DNA of 64,000 nt, from positions 55,164-119,163 of IMG/VR virus record IMGVR_UViG_3300033388_005265. The stretch is one strand, 5' to 3'. Positions 34,277-43,568 of this stretch are shown here, piece after piece; position 1 is the stretch's first letter; each line of letters begins with the position of its first letter. Below the pieces are notes generated by a model. It saw nothing but the letters and a program-made list of their open reading frames with translations. It was not told where the DNA came from and ran no database searches. Made by a program: the position numbers and the translations under genes. This DNA is from a virus.

Positions 34277-34590
34277 TCTTCTTCTCCTGCTTTACCTGGC
34301 GGCATGCCTACTGCTATGTAGCATTCTGTACAATAGAATTCACCAGTCTCTTCGTTATATGTGCCTTCTTCTTTCTTGACATACTCGACAGGAGTTATGC
34401 CTTCTTCTCTAGAGAAGCTAACATACTCATCTATCTCGTCAGGTGTACATCCACACTTTCTGCATGTTATTGGTTCTATGAACTCACAATGCTCATTACA
34501 CTGAGGACACAAGCCTAATGTTGACCAATCAGGACCATCTTCAGATACTAGTCCATCTTCTGACCAGCAGCAGTTGCTAACCTTTTCCAT
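34264..34590 (-). CDS. Cys-rich zinc-binding protein
   Basis: SNCC...CPQC.EHC and CRKC...EEGTYN..TG.FYCTECY..GMP. Confidence 0.7.
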   Translation of the reverse strand: MEKVSNCCWSEDGLVSEDGPDWSTLGLCPQCNEHCEFIEPITCRKCGCTPDEIDEYVSFSREEGITPVEYVKKEEGTYNEETGEFYCTECYIAVGMPPGKAGEEECQS

Positions 34591-34955
34591 TACTTTCTCC
34601 TGTGTCTAGCTTTTACTCTTTTCTTAACACGCAGCCTATTGACTTTCTTTTTCCTGCCTCTATGTGAAGGTCTTGATGATCTGGCATCTGTTAAGAACAT
34701 ACTTCTTGAGAAGTCTTTTCTTAATGCCCATGGATCCATGTACCCTTTCATATCTTCAACAGATCTTAGTATCATTCTTAATGGCTCTATATATCGCATC
34801 TGTTCAGTCTCCTTAAATGTACCTAATGTGTCTATTACTATAACACCACCTTTAGATTCTTCACTAACACGCATATTTGCATAAGCTTGACGTAGAGCAG
34901 CTAACAATACTTCTCGTGATCCTGCTCCATCATGCACCATTAATATTCTGCCCAT
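34590..34955 (-). CDS. Hypothetical protein with basic tail
   Basis: ORF track. Confidence 0.55.
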   Translation of the reverse strand: MGRILMVHDGAGSREVLLAALRQAYANMRVSEESKGGVIVIDTLGTFKETEQMRYIEPLRMILRSVEDMKGYMDPWALRKDFSRSMFLTDARSSRPSHRGRKKKVNRLRVKKRVKARHRRK

Positions 34956-35012
34956 GCCTTCTCCGCGCCGCTTATTTCATAGCTCACTCCCAAGCTGTCT
35001 TGGTATAGTTCG

Positions 35013-35267
35013 CTATGTCTTTTTTCTGATTCCTGCTTTGATAACTTTTCTTAACACTGACTTAGAATCTTCTGGTTTCTTTCTTATTGCAAACCATTGG
35101 CCACCTGTTGGAAAACCAACATGCTGTAAGTTTGCATATTTGAATGTGCCACTGTTTCTATACCATAGTTTATCACCATGGTGTACAACGCCAAATTCAC
35201 CTACTTCTTCCCATCCTTTTGGGATAAACTTTCTTGCAAATCTAGCCATTTTACTTTTAGTTCCCAT
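35013..35267 (-). CDS. Hypothetical protein
   Basis: ORF track. Confidence 0.55.
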   Translation of the reverse strand: MGTKSKMARFARKFIPKGWEEVGEFGVVHHGDKLWYRNSGTFKYANLQHVGFPTGGQWFAIRKKPEDSKSVLRKVIKAGIRKKT

Positions 35268-35271
35268 AGTA

Positions 35272-35466
35272 TCACCAAGTAAACACTATCTGCTCGTCAT
35301 CAGTAATAAGTAGTATTTTATATCCTTCTTTCAGAAGTATATCATTTATAAAGATACTTGTATCTCCCAGGTCGACATACAATGCATTCTTGTTCTGATC
35401 AATAGCATCAGATATCTTTACACGGATATCCTGTAGCTTTTCTTGATCCTTCTTATCCAGCCTCAT
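35272..35466 (-). CDS. Hypothetical protein
   Basis: ORF track. Confidence 0.55.
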   Translation of the reverse strand: MRLDKKDQEKLQDIRVKISDAIDQNKNALYVDLGDTSIFINDILLKEGYKILLITDDEQIVFTW

Positions 35467-35653
35467 CTTCTTTCTTTTCCTCTTCTTTTGGTTTTAAGAG
35501 CGCTTTGATTTCTTCAAGCTCATAACTAAGCAGGAGATATGCGATGACTATTGCAAGTAGTTCCATGATTCTGGTACCTCTATCTTTTTTAGGTAAATAA
35601 GTATTTTTCATGTTTATATTATAGTAAGATATAAGTTACTATAAGGAGAAAAT

Positions 35654-36145
35654 ATGAGCGAATACTATAAAGCATGGCGAGCAGCTAATATGGATCATAT
35701 AAGAGAGTATGATAAAGAATATCATAATACTCATAAAGATCGAATTAATAAAAATCGTAGAGCATGGAAAGCGGCCAATTCAGACAAAGTAGCAGCAACT
35801 AGGAAAAAGCATCATGAACGTAATAAGGATAAAATGAACGCAAAAACTAAAGCATATAAAATAGCTAATCCAGACAAAGTAAAAGCATGGAATGCTAAAC
35901 GTCGTGCTGCTAAACTTCAACGAACAGTAGCTTGGGCTGATGATCAAGCAATCAAAGATATCTATAAAGATTGTGAAGAAATCAACTTAGCTTTTAAAGC
36001 AGCCGGTTGTACTGAAACTTTTGTAGTAGACCATGTTGTTCCTCTTGTAGGTAAACTTGTATCTGGCTTACACGTGGAATATAACCTAGATATTATTACT
36101 ACAGCCGAAAACTTATCTAAGAATAATAAATTTATCCCGCACTAA
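35654..36145 (+). CDS. Putative HNH homing endonuclease, family A
   Basis: AKRRAAKLQRTVAWAD...VVDHVVPL.G..VSGLHVEYNL; AAGGAG RBS. Confidence 0.88.
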   Translation: MSEYYKAWRAANMDHIREYDKEYHNTHKDRINKNRRAWKAANSDKVAATRKKHHERNKDKMNAKTKAYKIANPDKVKAWNAKRRAAKLQRTVAWADDQAIKDIYKDCEEINLAFKAAGCTETFVVDHVVPLVGKLVSGLHVEYNLDIITTAENLSKNNKFIPH

Positions 36146-37104
36146 ACGGGAATTTCCATCCATTCTTCAGGCACATAGCCTGAGTCGGTTAGTCTATCGT
36201 TATGAATATTTATCCAATCATCTCTATACTCAGGATTAAATATAGCCACGGTATAGAATTTCGGATAGGTGAGCATGCCACTGTCACCGCGTACCATAAT
36301 ATATCTATTTTTAGGAGCAGTGTCTATTGGTTTCCACTTTGACTCTGACTCCGGCTTAACTACCTCTTCTTTGGTAGGTATCTTGGCAACTATGTTGTTG
36401 AAATCAATACCAAGAGCACCTCTTTTCTTTACAGGCTTTAGATACTCTTCAGCACTAACAATTTTACAGCCACGATTCACACAATCTGATTTTTGATCGA
36501 AGCCTTCACCGGTATCAACATAGATACACTTCTGGTTGTAATGATTTAGTCCATCCCAGTCTGGAACGTCTTGAGTTCTTTTTCTAGCTCTTCTTCTAAC
36601 TGCATTCCATTCTTCTTTTGTTTCACAGAGCACAGCTCTTTCTTTAATTGTTCTTCTTGGTGGATGCAGATATTCTGATGCTGTTAATACTTCATAGTTA
36701 TTTCTAAGACAGTCATCTCTTCTATCGAAGCCATTATGTCTATCAAGATAGATACATATGTCACCATAGTGACTAACAGCTCCCCAGTCTGCTACACTAG
36801 GTAAATTAGCCTTAGCTTTAACTGCGTCCCACTCAGTTCCTGTTTTACATAGTACTGCTATTTTTTTATCCATTCTTCTTGAGGTTGGTCCTTTATATTG
36901 GTCTGCTGTAATGATCTCATAGCCATTGCGAATACAAGCTTCTTGTGGATCACAGCCTTTATGCTCATCATAAACATAGACACATATATCATTATAGTGT
37001 CTAGCTGTTCTCCAATTCATTATGCCGGATTTACCAGCTTTAAGCTTGGTATCTTCCCACTCTTGCTCGTTTTTACACAATACTGCTACTTTTTCATTAG
37101 CCAT
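36142..37104 (-). CDS. Protein with three internal ~65-aa repeats and a DUF551-like C-terminal module
   Basis: AVLC.T..EW...W....HY..C.Y...G.D....C...Y.....EY three times; WKPIDTAPK...W..IP. Confidence 0.75.
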   Translation of the reverse strand: MANEKVAVLCKNEQEWEDTKLKAGKSGIMNWRTARHYNDICVYVYDEHKGCDPQEACIRNGYEIITADQYKGPTSRRMDKKIAVLCKTGTEWDAVKAKANLPSVADWGAVSHYGDICIYLDRHNGFDRRDDCLRNNYEVLTASEYLHPPRRTIKERAVLCETKEEWNAVRRRARKRTQDVPDWDGLNHYNQKCIYVDTGEGFDQKSDCVNRGCKIVSAEEYLKPVKKRGALGIDFNNIVAKIPTKEEVVKPESESKWKPIDTAPKNRYIMVRGDSGMLTYPKFYTVAIFNPEYRDDWINIHNDRLTDSGYVPEEWMEIPV

Positions 37105-37111
37105 GATTGTA

Positions 37112-37525
37112 TTAACTTCTTTTAAGCTGACTTAACAGCGAGCTTATTGCCATTGCCTTAGGAGCTACAATACGTTCAATATTACATAGTGTCATTAATA
37201 TGCCACCAGCTGATATGAAGCATCCAATCAAAACAGCAATTGTTACGCTTTCTGAATAGTCGTTATACAGAGTAGTCTTGAAGTTACTGCTGCCAATAGT
37301 ATAATACTTGTCAGCCTGTGCTATTGCATCAGGATACATCAGGAATATAAATATTGGGCCTAATAGGCATAAGAATATCCCACCGCCTGTCCATACAAAG
37401 CCGCGTATCTTTTCAAGTACCGTATACTCAGGGATGATTGCAGTAGCACCCATGCCAAGCTTTTCAGCGATCTTATCAATTGTATTGGTTAGCTCAAGTG
37501 AGAACTCTATTTCTTTCTTAGCCAT
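37112..37525 (-). CDS. Membrane protein
   Basis: IDKIAEKLG...; two TM segments. Confidence 0.65.
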   Translation of the reverse strand: MAKKEIEFSLELTNTIDKIAEKLGMGATAIIPEYTVLEKIRGFVWTGGGIFLCLLGPIFIFLMYPDAIAQADKYYTIGSSNFKTTLYNDYSESVTIAVLIGCFISAGGILMTLCNIERIVAPKAMAISSLLSQLKRS

Positions 37526-37847
37526 GATATTACTCCCGGTTAATTGATTAATTACTTACGTATATACAGAAGGCTATTCCCAGGAAGAATCCTGAGAGCA
37601 GATATCCAGCGCCATTACCTAGACCAGTGAATACACCTGCTAACACCAGGCATCCTATACCGATCTTATTGTCGGTACTGATAGCTTTCATATCCTGTTA
37701 CCAGCTTTAGTCTTAAGCTCAGTAGTTATAGCACTACCACCTTTTTCAATATACCTGGCAGTATTACTTACGTTAATGATGCCATAGTATGCTAGCAGTA
37801 TTGCTACAATAAACCCAGCCGTGAATCCTATTCCAAGTCTTATCATC

Positions 37848-38276
37848 CTATTCGCCTCCGTCTCTTATTTCCATAAGCATTTTGCCTAGGTGATTTTGAC
37901 CAGTTCCTGACTTACATCTAGAGCATACACAGTTGCCCCAGTAATTATCATGCCAGTTATTGGTCTCTACTATTTCGCCTTTACTGGCGTCAAGCCTTGT
38001 TCTCCACGTAGTTCCACGAGCAAACTTTTGATTCAATGCTTTACGCATTACTATCAGCTTGCCAAGACTCCAGTCAGGCCTATATTCAAAGTCCTTTACC
38101 TTTCTCTTGGCATCATAAGGATTCATCTTAGCGATAGCTTCTCTGTCTGGCATCCTGGCGCATTTAGCAGCCTGGTACATGTTTTCAACAGTCTTATGCG
38201 ATATACCATCGTCATCAATGATAGGCTTATCACATTCCAGCATGTTACTGAACCAGTTCTTAATCCATTTAGGCAT
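37848..38276 (-). CDS. NADAR-family protein
   Basis: FSN...TVENMYQAAK...KF...IVETNNWHDNYWG...GQNHLGKMLMEIR. Confidence 0.9.
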   Translation of the reverse strand: MPKWIKNWFSNMLECDKPIIDDDGISHKTVENMYQAAKCARMPDREAIAKMNPYDAKRKVKDFEYRPDWSLGKLIVMRKALNQKFARGTTWRTRLDASKGEIVETNNWHDNYWGNCVCSRCKSGTGQNHLGKMLMEIRDGGE

Positions 38277-38278
38277 GA

Positions 38279-38539
38279 TTATTTCTCCTCATTGGCTAAT
38301 TCTGCTAATACATCTCCATGGCATGCCCTTGGTGCACACCAACAACCTAAAGTTTTTCCTTTAAGCTCATGTAATGAGCTCATAAGAACCGGTTGTTCTA
38401 CAACCCACGCTCTATACTTCTTTACGACATCCTCACGTGTACCGTCTTTACCAATCTCAAAAGGGTTGCCCCATTTGCCAGGTCTTCCTATGTACACATC
38501 GAACTTCTTTTTTTTGCAATGAACTACGTTATCTCCCAT
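38279..38539 (-). CDS. DUF4326-like protein
   Basis: VVHCK...DVYIGRPGKWGNPF...GK.LGCWCAP..CHGDVL. Confidence 0.9.
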   Translation of the reverse strand: MGDNVVHCKKKKFDVYIGRPGKWGNPFEIGKDGTREDVVKKYRAWVVEQPVLMSSLHELKGKTLGCWCAPRACHGDVLAELANEEK

Positions 38540-38572
38540 GTCTTTCTCCTCTCTTGAATTACCAAGGAGAAA

Positions 38573-38836
38573 TCATAAGAGTGGGTGTAGTACCCAGGTT
38601 GTACCAGAGTTGAATATTGGGGAGGGGACAGCAGTAAGACCACACTCATGTATGATCTTTAATGCGTCTTCTTTTTTGATAGTTACTTTTACTCCATCTA
38701 CTTCAGTGAGCCTGTATTCGTCTTTCCATTGTAACACAGCTACATTAGTATCGAACAACTCTATGATTGCATCGACATCTATGTCACATGGCCCAGTACT
38801 GGGCATATGTATGAGTTTATCTTTAACTCTGCTCAT
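38573..38836 (-). CDS. Hypothetical protein
   Basis: ORF track. Confidence 0.6.
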   Translation of the reverse strand: MSRVKDKLIHMPSTGPCDIDVDAIIELFDTNVAVLQWKDEYRLTEVDGVKVTIKKEDALKIIHECGLTAVPSPIFNSGTTWVLHPLL

Positions 38837-39070
38837 CTTCTTTTATCTTCCTTAGTTCTATAACAGCATTAACCATTGAATAGGTCTGATTCATAGCAGC
38901 CATAGCAAAGTCTGATGCGTAGTTATACACTCCACACTCACCTATTATAGCTAATAGTCCTTCTGCTATCTCTTCTTCAGACTTTCCCATAAGTTCTTTG
39001 AACTTTGGAGTTATCTTTTCATCTATTTTATATTTCTTAAGAGAAAGAATAAGAGTTTGCGGGCATCTTT

Positions 39071-39361
39071 TTAAATAATACTCTTAATCATGTTACGCTT
39101 AAACACTCTATTGTCATCTTCTTTTATAACAACAATAGGACCTTCAACAGGTTTAACTTTATCGAATGTCTCATCAGCTGTACACACTATATATTGCATT
39201 GTACGCTGAGTAAATTCGTTATACTTACATTCACTACAAGCAATAGATCCTATTCTAGTTCCTTCTATTCCTGATATATCTACAGATGGCATATGAGAAT
39301 ATGGGCATAGCTCTTGACAATGCCCCAGGTCATCTTCTGTATAATGTAACTCTCTACTCAT
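39071..39361 (-). CDS. Cys-rich hypothetical protein
   Basis: C...CP...IGSIAC..C. Confidence 0.6.
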   Translation of the reverse strand: MSRELHYTEDDLGHCQELCPYSHMPSVDISGIEGTRIGSIACSECKYNEFTQRTMQYIVCTADETFDKVKPVEGPIVVIKEDDNRVFKRNMIKSII

Positions 39362-39614
39362 TTTTATTTATCTCTAGAATACCAGAGGTAACCAGTGCAT
39401 ATCTGTCACCATAATGACACATGCCTCTGCTACATATGTTGCCTATAAAATCACAGGCACTATCAGGTAGCTTAATAGCTACTCTATCATGAAGAACAAG
39501 AGAAGCTTCTTTGTTCTGTATTTCTAACACAACCTTGTATGGTCTGAACTCACCGTCCTTAGGTACAGTAACCTTACCAGTTAAATCTTCTATTTTGTAT
39601 GGTATTAATGTCAT
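39354..39614 (-). CDS. Hypothetical protein
   Basis: ORF track. Confidence 0.55.
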   Translation of the reverse strand: MTLIPYKIEDLTGKVTVPKDGEFRPYKVVLEIQNKEASLVLHDRVAIKLPDSACDFIGNICSRGMCHYGDRYALVTSGILEINKNE

Positions 39615-39629
39615 TATTTCACCATTGCA

Positions 39630-40184
39630 TTAGTAATCATCTATACCATCATCAAACATGTCATCGTCGTCATCGAATACAGGCTTAATATCATTACTAT
39701 TATTGTGATTGTACCTTGATCTAGCACACTGAGTGATATCAAATACTCTGTCACAATTGTTCTCTTGAATATCACTAAAGTCATCACATCCACTATTAAA
39801 ACAGCGTATGTCTTCGACTTTTGATATAGTTGTTGATATTTCTATATTTTCTTTTGCTTCTATGATTGTATCATCTGTTTTACTGGCAGCATGTCTCTGT
39901 GCTACATCAACAAGCCTTCTTACTTCTTCTGGTATATATCTTCTTATGACACATGTCCTGCTACCCACTTCACCAGGATACTTATCAAGGTTATCTATTA
40001 ACACAAAGCGATTGTTTCTTTTGCTGTATGCCATATCACCAGACTTAAGATCTGATCCTGAGTAGTTACCAGTCTCAAACATCACAACGTATCCCTCTGG
40101 TACACGTATTATCTTATCATTAATAGATACGAAGTGTCCTTGTTGCTCACAGCTACATATCTCTTTGTCTAATTCAGTTTGCAT
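39630..40184 (-). CDS. Hypothetical protein
   Basis: ORF track. Confidence 0.6.
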   Translation of the reverse strand: MQTELDKEICSCEQQGHFVSINDKIIRVPEGYVVMFETGNYSGSDLKSGDMAYSKRNNRFVLIDNLDKYPGEVGSRTCVIRRYIPEEVRRLVDVAQRHAASKTDDTIIEAKENIEISTTISKVEDIRCFNSGCDDFSDIQENNCDRVFDITQCARSRYNHNNSNDIKPVFDDDDDMFDDGIDDY

Positions 40185-40387
40185 ACAGTTGCTTTGATCT
40201 TTTTCCTTCTTGGTTTTCTTTGTTTAACCGGTCTCTCATTAGGAGACACCTCTTTATTCTCATAGTAAGTTCTAACTGAGTGTCTAACAAATACTAGTTT
40301 ACAGTTTTTACAACTATAAAACCTTGTATAGTACGCATGTAGATTAGTTATCTTACAAGCTGGACATTTAATGTCAGTCTCTTTCAT
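40169..40387 (-). CDS. Zinc-ribbon protein
   Basis: CPAC...CKNC. Confidence 0.55.
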   Translation of the reverse strand: MKETDIKCPACKITNLHAYYTRFYSCKNCKLVFVRHSVRTYYENKEVSPNERPVKQRKPRRKKIKATVCKLN

Positions 40388-40583
40388 CTTTTCTCCTTAT
40401 ATCGCGGGCACCTTTTTGAAGTATGACTATCTTAGTCCTAGTCCTTCTCCATACATTACACCAACAAGACATCTTATACCTATTAGTATTAAGACTCTTA
40501 TACAGAGAGAACATATAACCATTAACCATTACATGGATAGAACTACTAGTTATACTAAAGTAACTACCGTATTTCATATTCAT
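40374..40583 (-). CDS. Hypothetical protein
   Basis: ORF track; preceded by the duplicated 32-bp element. Confidence 0.35.
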   Translation of the reverse strand: MNMKYGSYFSITSSSIHVMVNGYMFSLYKSLNTNRYKMSCWCNVWRRTRTKIVILQKGARDIRRKDERD

Positions 40584-41129
40584 TCACCTAATTAGCTATA
40601 AGCTATACACCATATAACTGTACCAATACATACTACTACATACATGACAACAAATACTGGTCTAACACTAGTTTGCTTTTTCATCTCTTTCCCCTTATAC
40701 TAGCATCAACAACCTTCTTAAGTATACTTGGAGTCTTACGTATAGTAATTGAATATTTAATTGGAGTACCTGGTGATGGACTATGTCTATGCTCCCATTT
40801 ACCATCATCTTCATATACTTCTAACCAGTTACCACCTGTACTCAGTACCTTATCACCAAGCTTAGTCTCCCTCTTTCCATTTGGGATTACTTGGGAGTAG
40901 CCTTTAGGGATATTAACCATCTCTCCCCACATATCTATATTATGGGCTTTTACTTGGTTTGACATACTATTCTCCTACTCGGCGGGCACCTTTTTAAGAT
41001 GCTTAATATGCTTATATGTAACTATACCTATTATAACCATAGACAAAGGAACACATACCATAATACTAAGCATTACACATGCTACTATATATTCCATTTC
41101 ATTCACCTAATTAGCTATAAGCTATACAC
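40579..41129. repeat. 32-bp direct repeat, two copies (40579-40610; 41098-41129)
   Basis: TTCATTCACCTAATTAGCTATAAGCTATACAC identical at both sites. Confidence 0.85.
40681..40965 (-). CDS. Hypothetical protein
   Basis: ORF track; RBS; resembles 41313..41585 (VP/IPKG...KLGDKV/IL...G.W). Confidence 0.55.
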   Translation of the reverse strand: MSNQVKAHNIDMWGEMVNIPKGYSQVIPNGKRETKLGDKVLSTGGNWLEVYEDDGKWEHRHSPSPGTPIKYSITIRKTPSILKKVVDASIRGKR

Positions 41130-41312
41130 ATGTATACTTAACAAAGTTAAAATAGCTCCTACAATAAGACCCTCTATATACCATAGAAGACATCTTCTTT
41201 TAGGTACAAGTATCTTGTTATCTGTATTCCAGAACTCTTGTATCTTTGTTATTATCTCTTTCATCTCTTTCACCTTCTTATGCTATTAGTATTACTCTGC
41301 ACATATGTATCT

Positions 41313-41585
41313 CTAACGATCTACACATGAAGACAATGATATGTCTATTAAGTTCTGTATCTTTAAGTCTACTTGGGGTCTACGTCTTATTACATATGTA
41401 CCATTCCATCTGTATCCTATATTCGTGCTTGTACCATGCATATTCTTAGGTATACGCTTCCATTCACCCCATGGTTGCAATATTTTATCACCTAATTTTA
41501 GTCTACATCTTATGATGAGATCCCAATCCTTGGGGACTACATGGGTTAGACCAGCCCAGACAATTGTCCTATTTGAAATTCTCAT
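41313..41585 (-). CDS. Hypothetical protein
   Basis: ORF track; similar to 40681..40965. Confidence 0.5.
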   Translation of the reverse strand: MRISNRTIVWAGLTHVVPKDWDLIIRCRLKLGDKILQPWGEWKRIPKNMHGTSTNIGYRWNGTYVIRRRPQVDLKIQNLIDISLSSCVDR

Positions 41586-41686
41586 GCTAAGGTAGCTCCC
41601 CTTACGAACATTTTTTACTAAATGAGTATATTAGAGCCCTCCAAGCCGTCTTTGGACTGGTATTTCTAATTGCATTCTTTTTGAAT

Positions 41687-41764
41687 ATACTTGGGAGATA
41701 TAATAAGGATACTTGGAGATGGCGTCACGAGGACTTGTCCGAGTGTCAGAGGATACTTGGAGAT
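41687..41764. repeat. Short direct repeats ATACTTGG(G)AGAT x3 in non-coding DNA
   Basis: AGGATACTTGGAGAT at 41706-41720 and 41750-41764; variant at 41687-41699. Confidence 0.7.
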
Positions 41765-41890
41765 TGGTCCATTTCCGCGATACGCCAAGTGTGTTAAATA
41801 ATAATAAGAATTACCCCGGAAAAGAAGCCTTTCCCTAGGCAACTTTGTTTTATATTAAGGTATAAGCGGATATGCTTAAGGAGAAAAGAT

Positions 41891-42337
41891 ATGATTAAAG
41901 ATGGAAAGAAACATTGTCCTAGTTGTGATACTGATAAACTAGTACTTGAGTTTGGAAAGAGGAATAGAGGTGATGGATTATATTGGCAATGTAAGGTATG
42001 TGCTAGAGATAAGGAGAAGAATAGAGAACGTAATAGGTCTATTGAGGGTCATCTATATTATAATGCTAAGCAACGTGCTAGTGTTAGTGGTCTAGATTTC
42101 AATATAACTATTGAAGATATTATTGTTCCAGATATATGTCCTGCTTTGGGTATTTCTTTATTTAGATCTAAGGGCAAGCCTACAGATAATAGTCCTAGTC
42201 TTGATCGTCTTGATTCATCTGAAGGATATATTAAAGGGAATATTAATGTGATATCTATGAAGGCTAATAGAATGAAGTCTAATGCTACGTTAGCTGAGCT
42301 CGAAGCTCTTTTGGCTTGGAGAAAAATAACCCAGTAG
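41891..42337 (+). CDS. Putative HNH-type endonuclease
   Basis: CPSC...CKVC; CPALG...SPSLDRLDSSEGYIKGNINVIS.KAN.MK. Confidence 0.82.
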   Translation: MIKDGKKHCPSCDTDKLVLEFGKRNRGDGLYWQCKVCARDKEKNRERNRSIEGHLYYNAKQRASVSGLDFNITIEDIIVPDICPALGISLFRSKGKPTDNSPSLDRLDSSEGYIKGNINVISMKANRMKSNATLAELEALLAWRKITQ

Positions 42338-42408
42338 GCTGAGAGACCTACCGGGCATGAGAGGAGGTGCCATTTAACCGATGGCTCGGTGAGAGAGTAA
42401 TCGTGGGG

Positions 42409-42494
42409 GAGCTTATTTATCCAGCGTTTGGCATAGATTGGAAAACTCCCCGAGCTTATTTATCCAGCGTTTGGCATAGATTGGAAAACTCCCC
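42409..42494. repeat. Perfect 43-bp tandem duplication
   Basis: GAGCTTATTTATCCAGCGTTTGGCATAGATTGGAAAACTCCCC x2. Confidence 0.95.
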
Positions 42495-42544
42495 GGAAAC
42501 CGGTGTGTGGTCATCAGGCTATGGTACTGTCTCAGTCGATCCCA

Positions 42545-42781
42545 TCAAGTGGTGATCGCTGGTCCCAGGGTCTGCGATGAGACCGTAGACACGACTTTGT
42601 ACTTCCTTCCTTCTGTCCACATGTTTGACACTAATGAATGCGCGTGGCTTATGGCTATCGCCTGCCTGCTAACATCTTTGTAGCCAGTCAATGGCTTGTG
42701 TCTATCTGGCCCATTCTGGCATTTGTATTCAGTGTAAATAAGTACTGCTGAAGCCACCAGGATGCTCTCTGGTGACCTCAA
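42545..42781 (-). CDS. Hypothetical protein
   Basis: ORF track only. Confidence 0.3.
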   Translation of the reverse strand: MRSPESILVASAVLIYTEYKCQNGPDRHKPLTGYKDVSRQAIAISHAHSLVSNMWTEGRKYKVVSTVSSQTLGPAITT

Positions 42782-42791
42782 TTTTACTTAT

Positions 42792-43217
42792 CTACCCGTC
42801 AGTACCAGTTCTGGGATCAATCCAGAATTGAATGTCCTGATCGGCAGGAACGCAATACAGACTACCGAATGTCGGCCTTCTGTTGTCGTCGTTCTTCTTA
42901 CCGGGAACTCTGACGTAGGCGTAGTTATACTGCTTAACATGCGCCTTAACAGCCTTTACGTCATCACCGGATACACCTTCTTCAGATGTAAGACCGAGCA
43001 ACTGGAGAGCAGCTTCCTGGTCGATGATCACACCATCGAACGAGGACATATACTCTTTGCCCATGCGGTTGTGTCTCAGGCAATGGACTGTGGGATGGAT
43101 ATCCCTATGTATCGGCACGTTGTTTGGCTCAGTGATCCTGAGATTCATCTCCTTGATGATATCACCAGTCTTAAGTGCAAGAATCACTGGAGTCTTTAGT
43201 ACATCTGGCTTCGCCAT
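42792..43217 (-). CDS. Hypothetical protein
   Basis: ORF track; GAGG RBS. Confidence 0.65.
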   Translation of the reverse strand: MAKPDVLKTPVILALKTGDIIKEMNLRITEPNNVPIHRDIHPTVHCLRHNRMGKEYMSSFDGVIIDQEAALQLLGLTSEEGVSGDDVKAVKAHVKQYNYAYVRVPGKKNDDNRRPTFGSLYCVPADQDIQFWIDPRTGTDG

Positions 43218-43355
43218 AATATGTTACCTCGTGTTATATGTTATATGAATTTAATGTCAGCCGACTGTCTATGTCGAGTTTTTTATCTGTTCACCGCATC
43301 GTACCTCCTAAGGTTTGATTTAAAAGATATTTGAAAGAGAGAAAAAATAAATGTT

Positions 43356-43568
43356 TTAAGCCTTTTCTGTGTCTCCCTCCTTCTTGTGAAGGATATGTTC
43401 GTTAACTTCACTCTTTACTTTGTGTGCACCTTCTTTAGCTGCGGCCACACCTTTTTTGAGTGCATCAACACCCTCATGAGTGAGTAGCTTCTTGCCACTG
43501 TCGTACAGGTCCATACCTGCCTTAGCACCCAAACACACGAAAAAACCTAATACGATTAGCTGAATCAT
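43356..43568 (-). CDS. Small membrane-anchored protein
   Basis: N-terminal hydrophobic helix. Confidence 0.55.
   Translation of the reverse strand: MIQLIVLGFFVCLGAKAGMDLYDSGKKLLTHEGVDALKKGVAAAKEGAHKVKSEVNEHILHKKEGDTEKA

Noticed and set aside
39040-39075. Programmed frameshift at TTTAAAAAG linking 39071..39361 to a downstream open frame
   Set aside because: The slippery run is not in the required frame relative to the stop codon
42409-42494. CRISPR array
   Set aside because: Only two abutting units with no spacer; no repeat-spacer array seen anywhere in the window
42367-42555. 62-aa plus-strand ORF
   Set aside because: GTG start without supporting homology; spans the tandem duplication in non-coding-looking DNA
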